The position numbers and the translations under genes are program-made. DNA of 64,000 nucleotides from Gallionellaceae bacterium (GTDB lineage Bacteria > Pseudomonadota > Gammaproteobacteria > Burkholderiales > Thiobacillaceae). The DNA is taken from the NCBI GenBank assembly GCA_028714875.1, contig JAQTLN010000015.1:25020-89019 (forward strand). Reading direction: 5' to 3'. Below the pieces are notes generated by a model, which saw only the letters and a list, made by a program, of their open reading frames with translations, had not been told where the DNA came from and did no database searches. Every line of letters begins with the position of its first letter. Positions within the stretch are counted from its first letter, which is position 1. Of this stretch, positions 48,098 through 56,777 are shown one piece after another.

Positions 48098-50114
48098 GAT
48101 GCTTAGTCTTCCCCCGTCTCGCTATTTATATGTGACTCGACCACCTTTTCCTCTACGTTCCTATAAGTGGAAGTGATATTTCCATTGGGTCAAATCAAGC
48201 GTTCAGAAAGGTAGTCCGTGTTCAACACAAACCCTCGGCCGACTGTGGGTTTGATAATGAAACCGGCCTTTTCCAGCTTGTTGAAAGCATTGCGCAGCTT
48301 ACGGTAGTAAGTGTCGAAACCCTTGATGTCCCGAGCATCTGGCTTGCCCTCGTTCCATAGGTAGAAAGCCGCCATCTTGGCCGTCACCGCCTTGATCCGA
48401 GAGTATTCCCGGTGCCGGTACATAAGACCGAGGATGTCACGTAAGGTGGCATCTAGCCCCCTCAGCCCTTCCCCGAATAATTCTTCCAACTCCTGATGAA
48501 ATTCGCTACGCATCAGCGTGCGATCCGCAATGTAGATAGGATATATCGCGGTGCTTATGGGGTGTTTCTCTATCAGATGGCATTGCTCTAACCACAACAA
48601 TGCTGTGAAGTGATTATTATCGGGTGTCAGGAGGATGGTGTAACGAAGCTGTTCATTCTCCCATTCAGCCTTCATGAGATAGGCCAAAACGGCTCTCTCT
48701 TCCTCACTCAGCGCACGACCCCTGGTCTTTCTTTCAATGTAGGCGTCATAAGCCCTGAAGCGAGTTTCTATTCGATCGTCGATTAGGCGTCCCGGCCGCA
48801 GGAACAGGCAGACCTCCTCCGAATAGAGGCGATAGGCTGGGATATCTATCCGGCCCTCCAGGCAAAGGCTGACCAAGGTGGACATTCCAATCCCTTTGCC
48901 TTCCCACTTGCGGTACACGCGCAAGACATCCGCAAGCTTTGGATTGCGCGCCTTAGCTTCAGGAATGACACGTCGCAAAGTATCTCCCTGTGTGAGATGC
49001 TCGATGAGTAGGTGGCGTCGAAATGCACCGGGGTTGCGTATGGAGAGATATTCTCCAGGCCTGATGGTAATGATGGCCTGCTTGTTGATGGAGTAGTCCC
49101 GATGGGCTAGCGCATTATTGACCGTTTCCCTTAGCACCTCCTCGGGATATTGTGGGGTGCTCGTGCCGCCTCCTGCACTAGAGATGCCAATTCGGATGTT
49201 ACGCAAAATATAGGAGAGACTGCTTTCCATTAGCGGCAGGATATTGCCGATTAAGTCCTGTTTATCCTGAGCGATCGTTTCAGGAACATCCACATAGCCA
49301 TGCACATGGCAACGAAATCCGAGGTGATCTCCAGGGTGCATGCCGCATACCAGCATTCCCAACAGTGTGGCTTGTCCCTCCTTAATAAAGCTCTTTCTTT
49401 CCAGAAACGGTTGGGCACTTTCCATATCCGCCTTCATCGTTTCAACTTTAATGGGGTGGTTTAGGTGCTGAATGTAATCGTTTAGTGCATCCAAGTTCAG
49501 GTCATCTACGCAAGTATTGGGCCAGGGTAGCATTTCGCGCGCCAGCTCGATTTCCTGTTGGTAGGCTTCCTGCGCCTCTATGTCAGCGCCTTTGAGTTTG
49601 TGGTCGCCGGTCAAGATGCGGCGATAAGCCTCATTCTTGTAAAAGACGTATTTACGATCCGCTGGCAACTCATCCACGAAGATCAATGCTAGTCGTCCAT
49701 CAAGAAAATCTCTGACCTGCATATCTGGAAACGCATCCTGGCGTAAATCCAGCTCAACCCCGCGTCGATCGGTAAATTGTTTCGGCAACTCCTTGAGCTT
49801 TGCCTCGGCTTCCTCTCGATAACCGGTGAATTCATAGTGTCGATTCGGACCCTGCCCCGCCTCCTTGATGCCAAGAATGATGATGCCGCCACGCGTATTG
49901 AGAAACGCATTCACCGATTTATGTATTTCAGTCCATTGACCACCATCCGATGGAACTGGTTTGATCTCCACCGTTTCAGTCTCCAACGCTTCATAGCGGC
50001 CCTCCTGGACAAGAGACTCCAGTTTTTCCAATGTTTTATCGATGAATGCCTTCATGCCGTTTTCTCCATTCTCGACACGATTCTACGTGTAGCGTCCCGG
50101 ACAAGCATGTCGAG
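48098..50114 (-). other. low-GC 2.0-kb insertion between potB and potC (putative horizontally acquired cassette)
   Basis: My hand counts on 100-nt samples: 49201..49300 is 45% GC and 50201..50300 (potB) is 68% GC. The boundaries coincide with the potC start and the potB stop. There is a short imperfect terminal inverted repeat: ATGCTTAGTC (48099..48108) versus GACAAGCAT (50100..50108). Confidence 0.7.
48190..50055 (-). CDS. AlbA_2 (Schlafen-like) + HATPase_c_4-like (RecG-C-terminal-like) domain protein with an extra C-terminal region
   Basis: 621 aa. N-terminus ETETVEIKP...VNAFLNTRGGIIILGI matches the AlbA_2 (formerly divergent AAA_4) pattern. The middle, PEEVLRETVNNALAHRDYS...IRNPG...ARNPKLADVL...EGKGIGM, matches the HATPase_c_4 pattern. 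GGAGA RBS. Confidence 0.75.
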   Translation of the reverse strand: MKAFIDKTLEKLESLVQEGRYEALETETVEIKPVPSDGGQWTEIHKSVNAFLNTRGGIIILGIKEAGQGPNRHYEFTGYREEAEAKLKELPKQFTDRRGVELDLRQDAFPDMQVRDFLDGRLALIFVDELPADRKYVFYKNEAYRRILTGDHKLKGADIEAQEAYQQEIELAREMLPWPNTCVDDLNLDALNDYIQHLNHPIKVETMKADMESAQPFLERKSFIKEGQATLLGMLVCGMHPGDHLGFRCHVHGYVDVPETIAQDKQDLIGNILPLMESSLSYILRNIRIGISSAGGGTSTPQYPEEVLRETVNNALAHRDYSINKQAIITIRPGEYLSIRNPGAFRRHLLIEHLTQGDTLRRVIPEAKARNPKLADVLRVYRKWEGKGIGMSTLVSLCLEGRIDIPAYRLYSEEVCLFLRPGRLIDDRIETRFRAYDAYIERKTRGRALSEEERAVLAYLMKAEWENEQLRYTILLTPDNNHFTALLWLEQCHLIEKHPISTAIYPIYIADRTLMRSEFHQELEELFGEGLRGLDATLRDILGLMYRHREYSRIKAVTAKMAAFYLWNEGKPDARDIKGFDTYYRKLRNAFNKLEKAGFIIKPTVGRGFVLNTDYLSERLI

Positions 50115-51053
50115 CTATTGCTCTCCCCGCCGCCGCCGCCCAGCCCAGGCGGCCAGACCCGCCAGCGAGAGCACGCATAGCGTCAGCACGATGGACAAGG
50201 TGGCGCCGAACGGCCAGTCGCGCACGCCGAGGAACTGGTCCTTGATCAGGTTGCCGATCAGCATGTCGCGGGTGCCGCCGAGGATGTCGGGGATGGCGAA
50301 CATGCCCAGCACCGGGATGAACACCAGCGCCGAGCCGGAAAACACGCCGGGCAGCGACAACGGCCAGGTCACCCGCCAGAAGCGTTGCCAGGCGTTGGCG
50401 CCGAGGTCTTGCGCGGCATCGAGCAGCACCGGGTCGTGTTTTTCCAGGTTGGTGTAGAGCGGCAGGATCATGAACGGCAGGTGCACATAGACCATGCCCA
50501 CCAGCACCGCGAAGGGCGAGAACAACAGGCTGACCGGCTCCAGGCCGAAGGCGCCGAGGACGCCGTTGAGCAGACGCGCCAGCGCCGCCTGCGGCCCGAG
50601 GATGATCATCCAGGCGTAGACGCGGATCAGGAAGTTGCTGGCGAAGGGGAGGATCACCAGCAGCACCAGGAAATCGCGGTGCTGCCTGGGGCTTTTCGCG
50701 ATCAGCCAGGCCACCGGGTAGGCCAGGAGCAGGCAGATCAGGGTGGAGGCCGCCGCCACCAGGAAGGAACGCAACAGGATTTCCGTGAACAGGAAATCGC
50801 TGAAAAAGAACTGGTAGTTCTCCAGCGTCAGGCCGTGCTCGCGCCCGTCGCCAGCATCGAGCAGCGGCGCCAGGCCGCCGAACTCGCCGGGATACTGGAA
50901 CGAAGCCAGTACCACGATCAGCGCCGGAGCCAGGAAGAACGCCAGCAGGAACAGGGTGGGCGGGGCGGTGATGGCCCAGCGGGTGCCTTTCTCCCCCCTT
51001 TTGCAAAGGGGGGGCGGGGGGAATTTGTCAGTCTCGAACAAAGTGCCCCGCAT
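50115..51053 (-). CDS. potB: polyamine ABC transporter permease PotB-like
   Basis: 312 aa. EAA loop LLDAAQDLGANAWQRFWRVTWPL. The N-terminal roughly 25 aa include the REP B2-encoded FPPPPLCKRGEKG, so the start is uncertain. Confidence 0.85.
   Translation of the reverse strand: MRGTLFETDKFPPPPLCKRGEKGTRWAITAPPTLFLLAFFLAPALIVVLASFQYPGEFGGLAPLLDAGDGREHGLTLENYQFFFSDFLFTEILLRSFLVAAASTLICLLLAYPVAWLIAKSPRQHRDFLVLLVILPFASNFLIRVYAWMIILGPQAALARLLNGVLGAFGLEPVSLLFSPFAVLVGMVYVHLPFMILPLYTNLEKHDPVLLDAAQDLGANAWQRFWRVTWPLSLPGVFSGSALVFIPVLGMFAIPDILGGTRDMLIGNLIKDQFLGVRDWPFGATLSIVLTLCVLSLAGLAAWAGRRRRGEQ
50991..51027. repeat. REP family B unit B2 (at the potA/potB junction)
   Basis: CTCCCCCCTTTTGCAAAGGGGGGGCGGGGGGAATTTG. 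Confidence 0.8.
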
Positions 51054-52203
51054 CCCACGCCCAGCTCACCGTCACCCGGTCGCCCACCTCGAAGAAGCGG
51101 GCGCGGCCGGGGGCGTCGTTGGCGCGCAGCGCCGCCAGTTCCTGGCCGTTGTCGAGGGTGACCTGATAGGTGGTGACGTCGCCGACGTAGAGAAAATCGC
51201 GCACCGTGCCGGGAAAGCTGTTGCCCCCCCCTTTCCCAAAGGGGGGCTGGGGGGGATTTTCACTGGCTCCAGGGTCATCCGGCGTCGCGAAATCCCCCCC
51301 GCCCCCCTTTGGGAAAGGGGGGGGCAATGCGTCGGCGGCGCCGATGCGCACCTGCTCCGGGCGCAGCGCAAGCACGCCCTTGTCACCGACATTCACGTCT
51401 TCCCTGGCCGGCGCCAGGATTTCGCCCAGACCGGCCGCTTGCAAGCGCAGCAGGCCATCCTGGCCTTCGACCACGCCGGCTTCGAGCAGATTGCAGTTGC
51501 CGATGAAGTCGGCGACGAAGCGATTTTTCGGGAAGCTGTAGAGGCGCGAGGGCTCGTCCAGTTGCTCGATGCGGCCCTGGTTCATCACCGCGATGCGGTG
51601 CGACAGGGCGAGCGCCTCCGGCTGCGCGTGGGTGACGAAGACGAAGGTGACGCCCACCTCGCGTTGCAGCTTGATCAACTCCAGCTGCATTTCCTCACGC
51701 AGCTTCAGATCCAGCGCGCCCAGCGGTTCGTCCAGCAACAGCAGGCGCGGCCGGTTGACCAGGCCGCGCGCCAGCGCCACGCGCTGTTTCTGGCCACCGG
51801 AGATTTCGTGCGGGTAGTGCTCGGCCAGTTCGGCCAGGTGCACCTGCTCCAGGGTGTCCGCCACGCGCCGCCGCAGTTCGGTTTCATTCACCCCGGCCAT
51901 GCGCAGGGGAAAGGCGACGTTCTGCCCCACGGTGAGATGCGGGAACAGGGCGTAGCTCTGGAACACGGTATGGATGGGGCGCCGCTCGGCGGGCGTCGCC
52001 ACCAGATCGCGGCCATCGAGCAGAATTTGCCCGGCATCCGGCAGGTCGAAGCCGGCAATCATGCGCAGGATCGTGGTCTTGCCGCAGCCGGACGGTCCCA
52101 GCAGGGTGAAGAACTCGCCACTGGACACGTCGAAGCTGACGTCCTTCACCGCCGTGAAGGCGCCGAAACTGCGGCTGATGTTGCGAATTTCGAGCAGGGC
52201 CAT
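51028..52203 (-). CDS. potA: polyamine ABC transporter ATPase PotA-like carrying an in-frame repeat insertion
   Basis: Walker A GPSGCGKTT, signature ISGGQKQR, Walker B LLLLDEPLGALD. The C-terminal TOBE-like domain is interrupted by about 36 aa (ALPPPFPKGGGGDFATPDDPGASENPPQPPFGKGGGNSF) encoded by REP B3. Confidence 0.88.
   Translation of the reverse strand: MALLEIRNISRSFGAFTAVKDVSFDVSSGEFFTLLGPSGCGKTTILRMIAGFDLPDAGQILLDGRDLVATPAERRPIHTVFQSYALFPHLTVGQNVAFPLRMAGVNETELRRRVADTLEQVHLAELAEHYPHEISGGQKQRVALARGLVNRPRLLLLDEPLGALDLKLREEMQLELIKLQREVGVTFVFVTHAQPEALALSHRIAVMNQGRIEQLDEPSRLYSFPKNRFVADFIGNCNLLEAGVVEGQDGLLRLQAAGLGEILAPAREDVNVGDKGVLALRPEQVRIGAADALPPPFPKGGGGDFATPDDPGASENPPQPPFGKGGGNSFPGTVRDFLYVGDVTTYQVTLDNGQELAALRANDAPGRARFFEVGDRVTVSWAWDAGHFVRD
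51221..51327. repeat. REP family B composite element B3 (inside potA)
   Basis: TTGCCCCCCCCTTTCCCAAAGGGGGGCTGGGGGGGATTTTC ... GAAATCCCCCCCGCCCCCCTTTGGGAAAGGGGGGGGCAA. Two inverted units. Confidence 0.88.
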
Positions 52204-52239
52204 GGCGGGAAACTATACCCCCGGCCCCGCGCCGCCGCC

Positions 52240-53295
52240 TTAAGCGGATACCGTAATTCCCTCGACGACGTTGTGCGGGTAGAGCCGCGCCAGGGTGACT
52301 TCGATGTGGATGCGGCAACCGGGCTCGATGCCGGCGAGCAGGCTGCTGCGGCGCGGGAACTGCGAGTAGATGACGGGGCCGTCGTCGATCACCGCTTCCA
52401 CCTTGACCCGGTCGCCCAGGGTCATGGTGCGCGCCACGCGGGCGATACCCTGGTCTTCCTTCCAGAACTTGAGGTCGTAGAAGCGCAGCACCGCGCACAC
52501 CGGGGTGCCGTCGGGCAAGCCATCGGCGGGCACCTGAAGCCGGCCGACCGCGACCTGGCCGCCGCGCGCCACGCCTTCATAGACGTTGGCCTCGCCGATG
52601 AAGCGGGCGACGAATTCGGTGGCCGGATGGTCGAGTATTTCAGCGGGCGACGCGGCCTGTTCGACGCGGCCCCGGTTGATGACGATCACCTTGTCGGCCA
52701 CCGAGAAAGCTTCTTCCTGATCGTGGGTGACGAAGATGGAGGTGACATGCACCTCGTCGTGCAGGCGCCGCAGCCAGTGGCGCAACTCCTCGCGCACTCG
52801 CGCGTCGACCGCGCCGAACGGTTCATCGAGCAACAGCACTTGCGGTTCCGGCGCCAGGGCGCGCGCCAGGGCGACACGCTGGCGCTGGCCACCGGAAAGC
52901 TGGCCGGGATAGCGCTCGCCGAGGCCGGCCAGGCCCATCAGATCGAGTAGTTCATGCACCCGCGCGCCTTGTTCGCCAGGTGATTTGCCCTGGACTCGCA
53001 GGCCGAAGGCGATGTTTTGCGCCACCGTCATGTGGCGGAACAGGGCGTAGTGCTGGAATACGAAGCCGACGCCGCGTTTGCGCGCATGTAGATGGTCGGC
53101 GGCCTGCCCGGCGAAGAACACGGAGCCGGAATCGGCCGTTTCCAGGCCGGCGATGATGCGCAGTATGGTGCTCTTGCCGCTGCCGGAGGGGCCGAGGAAG
53201 GCGACCAGCTCGCCGCTGTCGACTTCCAGGGAAACGTCGTCGACGGCGACAAAATTGCCGAACCGTTTGTTGAGGTGGCTGACGCGGATGCTCAT
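52240..53295 (-). CDS. cysA: sulfate/thiosulfate ABC transporter ATPase CysA
   Basis: 351 aa. [28 protein letters not shown]. Last gene of sbp-cysT-cysW-cysA. Confidence 0.9.
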   Translation of the reverse strand: MSIRVSHLNKRFGNFVAVDDVSLEVDSGELVAFLGPSGSGKSTILRIIAGLETADSGSVFFAGQAADHLHARKRGVGFVFQHYALFRHMTVAQNIAFGLRVQGKSPGEQGARVHELLDLMGLAGLGERYPGQLSGGQRQRVALARALAPEPQVLLLDEPFGAVDARVREELRHWLRRLHDEVHVTSIFVTHDQEEAFSVADKVIVINRGRVEQAASPAEILDHPATEFVARFIGEANVYEGVARGGQVAVGRLQVPADGLPDGTPVCAVLRFYDLKFWKEDQGIARVARTMTLGDRVKVEAVIDDGPVIYSQFPRRSSLLAGIEPGCRIHIEVTLARLYPHNVVEGITVSA

Positions 53296-53412
53296 GACGG
53301 CTACTCCTGACGATGCTTAACGGGAAACCTTGCCATGTCGCGCCGAATACGCCGCGCGTTCCCCAATGGCGCTTGTCGCGTTAGCTGCGACGGGAAGCGC
53401 CCGAGGGTGTGG

Positions 53413-53510
53413 CCTCCCCCTTTCTCAAAGGGGGATTGAGGGGGATTTAGCGACGTTTGCCCGATTGGCCGCCTCAGAAATCCCCCCTGCCCCCCTTTGA
53501 AAAAGGGGGG
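53413..53510. repeat. REP family B composite element B4
   Basis: CCTCCCCCTTTCTCAAAGGGGGATTGAGGGGGATTTAGCGACG...CTCAGAAATCCCCCCTGCCCCCCTTTGAAAAAGGGGGG, within the 340-nt cysW-cysA spacer. Confidence 0.88.
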
Positions 53511-53635
53511 TTCCGCAGCGACAACCGCATCACCCGTTAATGAGAAAAGCGCTTTCCCACATGGGCATCGGGGGGGAGTACGCCACGGATTACGCCACGG
53601 AGCGCGGCACATCGGGCCATGCGCGTGCAGCATGT

Positions 53636-54445
53636 TCATTTTTCTTTCCCACGCCGACGCTTGATCCACTCTAGCGCCAGCAGGAACAGCACGCTGGCGG
53701 CGGCGAGGATCAGGGCCATGCCGTAGGCGGCGGCTTCCTGGCGTTCTTCCAGAGCGTTGTAGATGAAGGTGGTGGCGGTCTGGGTCTGCCCGGAGATGGC
53801 GCCGCCGATCACCAGCACGGCGCCGAATTCACCGAGGGCGCGCGCCAGCGTCAACACCAGGCCGTAGCCCAAGCCGAAGCGGATGTTGGGCAGGGTGACC
53901 AGGCGAAAGGTCTGCCAGGGCGAGGCGCCCAGAGTGACCGCGGCCTCTTCCTCGTCGCTACCGAGTTCGAGCAGCACATAAGCGACTTCGCGCAGGGTGA
54001 ACGGGAAAGTGACGAACAGCGTGGCCAGAACCAGACCGGGGAAGGCGAATCCGACCTTGATGTCCGCCCATTGCAGCCCCGGCTCCAGCCAGCCGCCACG
54101 CCCGAACAGCAGCAGGAAGGCGAGGCCGGTCATCACCGGGGAGACCGCCAGGGGCAGGTCGACCAGGGTGTCGAGCAGGCGCCGCCCGAGGAAACGATGC
54201 CGCGTCAGCACCAGACCGGCGCCAACGCCGACCAGGCCATTGGCGAGCACGGCGATGAGTGCGAGGATCAAGGTCAGGCGCAGCCCCGCGCGCGCGCCGG
54301 GGTCCGCGAACACTTCCAGTAACGCGCCCGGCCCCGCCGCCAGAGCGCGCAGCGCCAACGCGCCCAGCGGCAGGACCAGGATCAGTCCGAGATAAGCCAG
54401 CACCAGCAAGAGCAGCAGGCTCTGGCCGAAGGTGAGGCGCTTCAT
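53636..54445 (-). CDS. cysW: sulfate ABC transporter permease CysW
   Basis: 269 aa. EAA loop EEEAAVTLGASPWQTFRLVTLPNI. Confidence 0.88.
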   Translation of the reverse strand: MKRLTFGQSLLLLLVLAYLGLILVLPLGALALRALAAGPGALLEVFADPGARAGLRLTLILALIAVLANGLVGVGAGLVLTRHRFLGRRLLDTLVDLPLAVSPVMTGLAFLLLFGRGGWLEPGLQWADIKVGFAFPGLVLATLFVTFPFTLREVAYVLLELGSDEEEAAVTLGASPWQTFRLVTLPNIRFGLGYGLVLTLARALGEFGAVLVIGGAISGQTQTATTFIYNALEERQEAAAYGMALILAAASVLFLLALEWIKRRRGKEK

Positions 54446-54456
54446 GGCGCACTCCC

Positions 54457-54518
54457 TTGTAGCGCGGGCTTCCAGCCTGCCGCCTTGGCGTTGAATGCAG
54501 GCTGGAAGCCCGCGCTAC
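54457..54518. repeat. REP family A copy A6
   Basis: Perfect 23-bp arms TGTAGCGCGGGCTTCCAGCCTGC / GCAGGCTGGAAGCCCGCGCTACA. Confidence 0.9.
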
Positions 54519-54538
54519 AGCTTGCTTGCTTCAGGGGG

Positions 54539-55369
54539 TCACGCATCGCGCACCCCCGTCCAGCGTTCCAGCGCGCGCCCCGCGTAGGTCAGCGCCACCG
54601 CGAGCAGGAGCAGGACCAGCGACACGGCGGCGGCGGCCTGCGGGTCGCCGGCCTCGATCTCGCCGAAAATGTAGATCGGCGCGGTCAGGGTCTTGTAGGG
54701 AATGTTGCCGGACACCACGACGATGGAGCCGAACTCGCCCAGAGCGCGCGCGAAGGAACGCACGGCGCCGGAGAGGATGGCCGGCAACAGCGGCGGCAAC
54801 AGCACGCGCAGGAAAATGGTGAATGGCCCGGCGCCCAAGGTGCGCGCGGCTTCCTCCTCGGCCGGGTCCTGTTCCAGCAGCACCGGCTCCACCGCGCGCA
54901 CCACGAACGGCAGGGTGACGAACAACAGCGCGAGCAGGATGCCGGGCGGCGCGAAGGCGATCTTCATGTCCGCCGCGTTCAGCCAGCCGCCCATCGGCCC
55001 GCGCGGGCCGTAGAGGATGACCAGCATGACGCCGGTGACCAGGGTGGGAATGGCGAACGGCAGATCGACCAGCGTGGAAAGAAAGGCGCGGCCGGGGAAA
55101 CGGTAACGCACCAACGCCCAGGCGGTGGCGGTGCCCATCAGCACATTGATCAGCGCCATCGCGGCCGCGCTCCAGAGGGTGAGCCAGAGCGCATGGCGCG
55201 CGCCGGGCGCGACGAGGGCCAGCCAGAGCGCGCCGATGCCGCCGCTCAAGCCATGTTGCGCCAGCGCCGCCAGCGGCAGCAGAACCAGGAAGCCGATGTA
55301 GGCCAGGACCGCGCCACGCACCAGACGGCCACCGCGTTCAGGGTTCAGGGCGTTACTGGGTTGGGGCAT
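54539..55369 (-). CDS. cysT: sulfate ABC transporter permease CysT (CysU)
   Basis: 276 aa. EAA loop EEEAARTLGAGPFTIFLRVLLPPL. Confidence 0.88.
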   Translation of the reverse strand: MPQPSNALNPERGGRLVRGAVLAYIGFLVLLPLAALAQHGLSGGIGALWLALVAPGARHALWLTLWSAAAMALINVLMGTATAWALVRYRFPGRAFLSTLVDLPFAIPTLVTGVMLVILYGPRGPMGGWLNAADMKIAFAPPGILLALLFVTLPFVVRAVEPVLLEQDPAEEEAARTLGAGPFTIFLRVLLPPLLPAILSGAVRSFARALGEFGSIVVVSGNIPYKTLTAPIYIFGEIEAGDPQAAAAVSLVLLLLAVALTYAGRALERWTGVRDA

Positions 55370-55390
55370 GTTGAATCCGGTTCGGGTTTT

Positions 55391-55492
55391 TCTCCCCCCT
55401 TTTTCAAAGGGGGGCTGGGGGGGGATTTAGCGGGCGTGGAGAAATCCACCGTTGTAGAAATCCCCCCTAACCCCCCTTTGAAAAAGGGGGGG
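55391..55492. repeat. REP family B composite element B5
   Basis: TCTCCCCCCTTTTTCAAAGGGGGGCTGGGGGGGGATTTAGCGGGCG...GTAGAAATCCCCCCTAACCCCCCTTTGAAAAAGGGGGGG. Confidence 0.88.
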
Positions 55493-55514
55493 ATATTTGG
55501 AGATGCACACCGCA

Positions 55515-56513
55515 TCACCGCGCCCCCGCCATCGCCCGCTCATAGACTCCGGCGGGGCCGAACAGGGTCTTGTCCACCTGGCCCCAGCCACCCAGGTCGC
55601 GGATGGTGAACAGGTCGCGCACCGCCGGGAACTGTTTGCCGACTTCCTTCGCCACGCCGGCATCCACCGGGCGCAAACCATATTCGGCGAAGGCGTGTTG
55701 CGCTTCCGGCGTGGCCAGGTAGGCCACGAAAGCCTCGGCGAGATCGCGGTTACCGTGCTTGTCGGCGTACTTGTCCACCACCGCCACCGGGTTCTCGATC
55801 AGGATGGTCGCGCGCGGCACCACGTATTCGTAGGTCTCACCCGACTTGCGCCCGACCAGCACCTCGTTTTCGTAGGTGATGGCGACATCGCCCACACCTT
55901 TCTCGAAATTGATCATCGACTCGCGCGCGCCCTTGTCCATCACCGTGACGTTGCGCAGCACGTCGCTCAATAGCGCCGTCGCCGCCGTCGTGTCGTTGTT
56001 GCCGCGCATGGCCGCGCCATAGAGGGCGCAGACATTCCATTTGGCGCCGCCGCTGGTGCGCACGTTGGGCGTCAGCACTTCCAGCCCCGCGTGACGCAAA
56101 TCGTTCCAGTCGCGCACGGCTTTCGGATTGCCCTTGCGCACCGCGAGCACCACCACGGAACGGCTCACCATGCCCCGGCTCGGGCCGGCCCGCCAATCAC
56201 GCTGAATCAGCCCGGCGCGGGCGAGGCTGTCGATGTCCGCTTCCAGAGACAGCGCGGCGACATCCGCCTCGAAGCCGCCAACAATGGCGCGCGCCTGCGC
56301 GCCGCTGCCGAGATAGGACTCCTGAAAACGTACTTCCTGGCCGGTCTTCTGTTTCCAGTAGCGCTGGAACGCCGGAATAATGGCCTTGCCATAGGCTTCG
56401 CGCGGCGTGGTGTAGGCGCCCAGGGTGAGGCTGCGCGCGGCGGTGGTCGCGCCGCCTTGTGGCGCGACGCCGACGAGGATGGCGAGGGCGAGTACCTGGA
56501 CAAGCAGTTTCAT
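55515..56513 (-). CDS. sbp: periplasmic sulfate/thiosulfate-binding protein (Sbp/CysP)
   Basis: 332 aa from the ATG at 56513 (MKLLVQVLALAILVG signal peptide). The track start at 56525 is a GTG. Family-typical ...YEKAIIPAF...WKQKTG.... Confidence 0.88.
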   Translation of the reverse strand: MKLLVQVLALAILVGVAPQGGATTAARSLTLGAYTTPREAYGKAIIPAFQRYWKQKTGQEVRFQESYLGSGAQARAIVGGFEADVAALSLEADIDSLARAGLIQRDWRAGPSRGMVSRSVVVLAVRKGNPKAVRDWNDLRHAGLEVLTPNVRTSGGAKWNVCALYGAAMRGNNDTTAATALLSDVLRNVTVMDKGARESMINFEKGVGDVAITYENEVLVGRKSGETYEYVVPRATILIENPVAVVDKYADKHGNRDLAEAFVAYLATPEAQHAFAEYGLRPVDAGVAKEVGKQFPAVRDLFTIRDLGGWGQVDKTLFGPAGVYERAMAGAR

Positions 56514-56777
56514 GATGTCTCCCACAGGTTGGCTGGCAGCTACTCAACAGCAAGCGCGATGCCAGCAACCGGGAAGCCTCACCAGGCCGGGAAAGTCGTG
56601 AAAACTCCGGCCCGAATGGGCCTATATTCTGTGCTATTGAACGGAATAGCCGTGTGTTAACAAAAATCCCGTTATATTTCCTGGCCTTCCAGTCGGCGGT
56701 CACCCCATCGCGGCAGCTTGGCGCCCCCGCCTTTTATACTGGCGACCCTCGCGCAATGGATAGAACCGTTTCCCCTC

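Noticed and set aside
48098-48189. Integron attC / cassette recombination site at the 3' end of the low-GC insertion
   Set aside because: I could not find the imperfect inverted-repeat architecture or the GTTRRRY core sites, and no integrase is nearby.
50083-52950. ORFs 50083..51006 (-), 50385..51161 (+) and 50956..52950 (+) over potB/potA/cysA
   Set aside because: These are out-of-frame or antisense translations. Part of their length comes from repeat-derived PPFPKGG peptides.
53579-53602. Tandem 12-nt duplication TACGCCACGGAT/TACGCCACGGAG in the cysW-cysA spacer
   Set aside because: There are only two copies and no further structure. It is probably a slippage relic.
53301-53669. 122-aa minus-strand ORF in the cysW-cysA spacer
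   Set aside because: The sequence is assembled from translated REP B4 units (PPFFKGGQGGF, PQSPFEKGGG). It has no RBS and no independent support.
54485-55609. 374-aa plus-strand ORF opposite cysT
   Set aside because: It is a shadow ORF that begins and ends in repeat elements.
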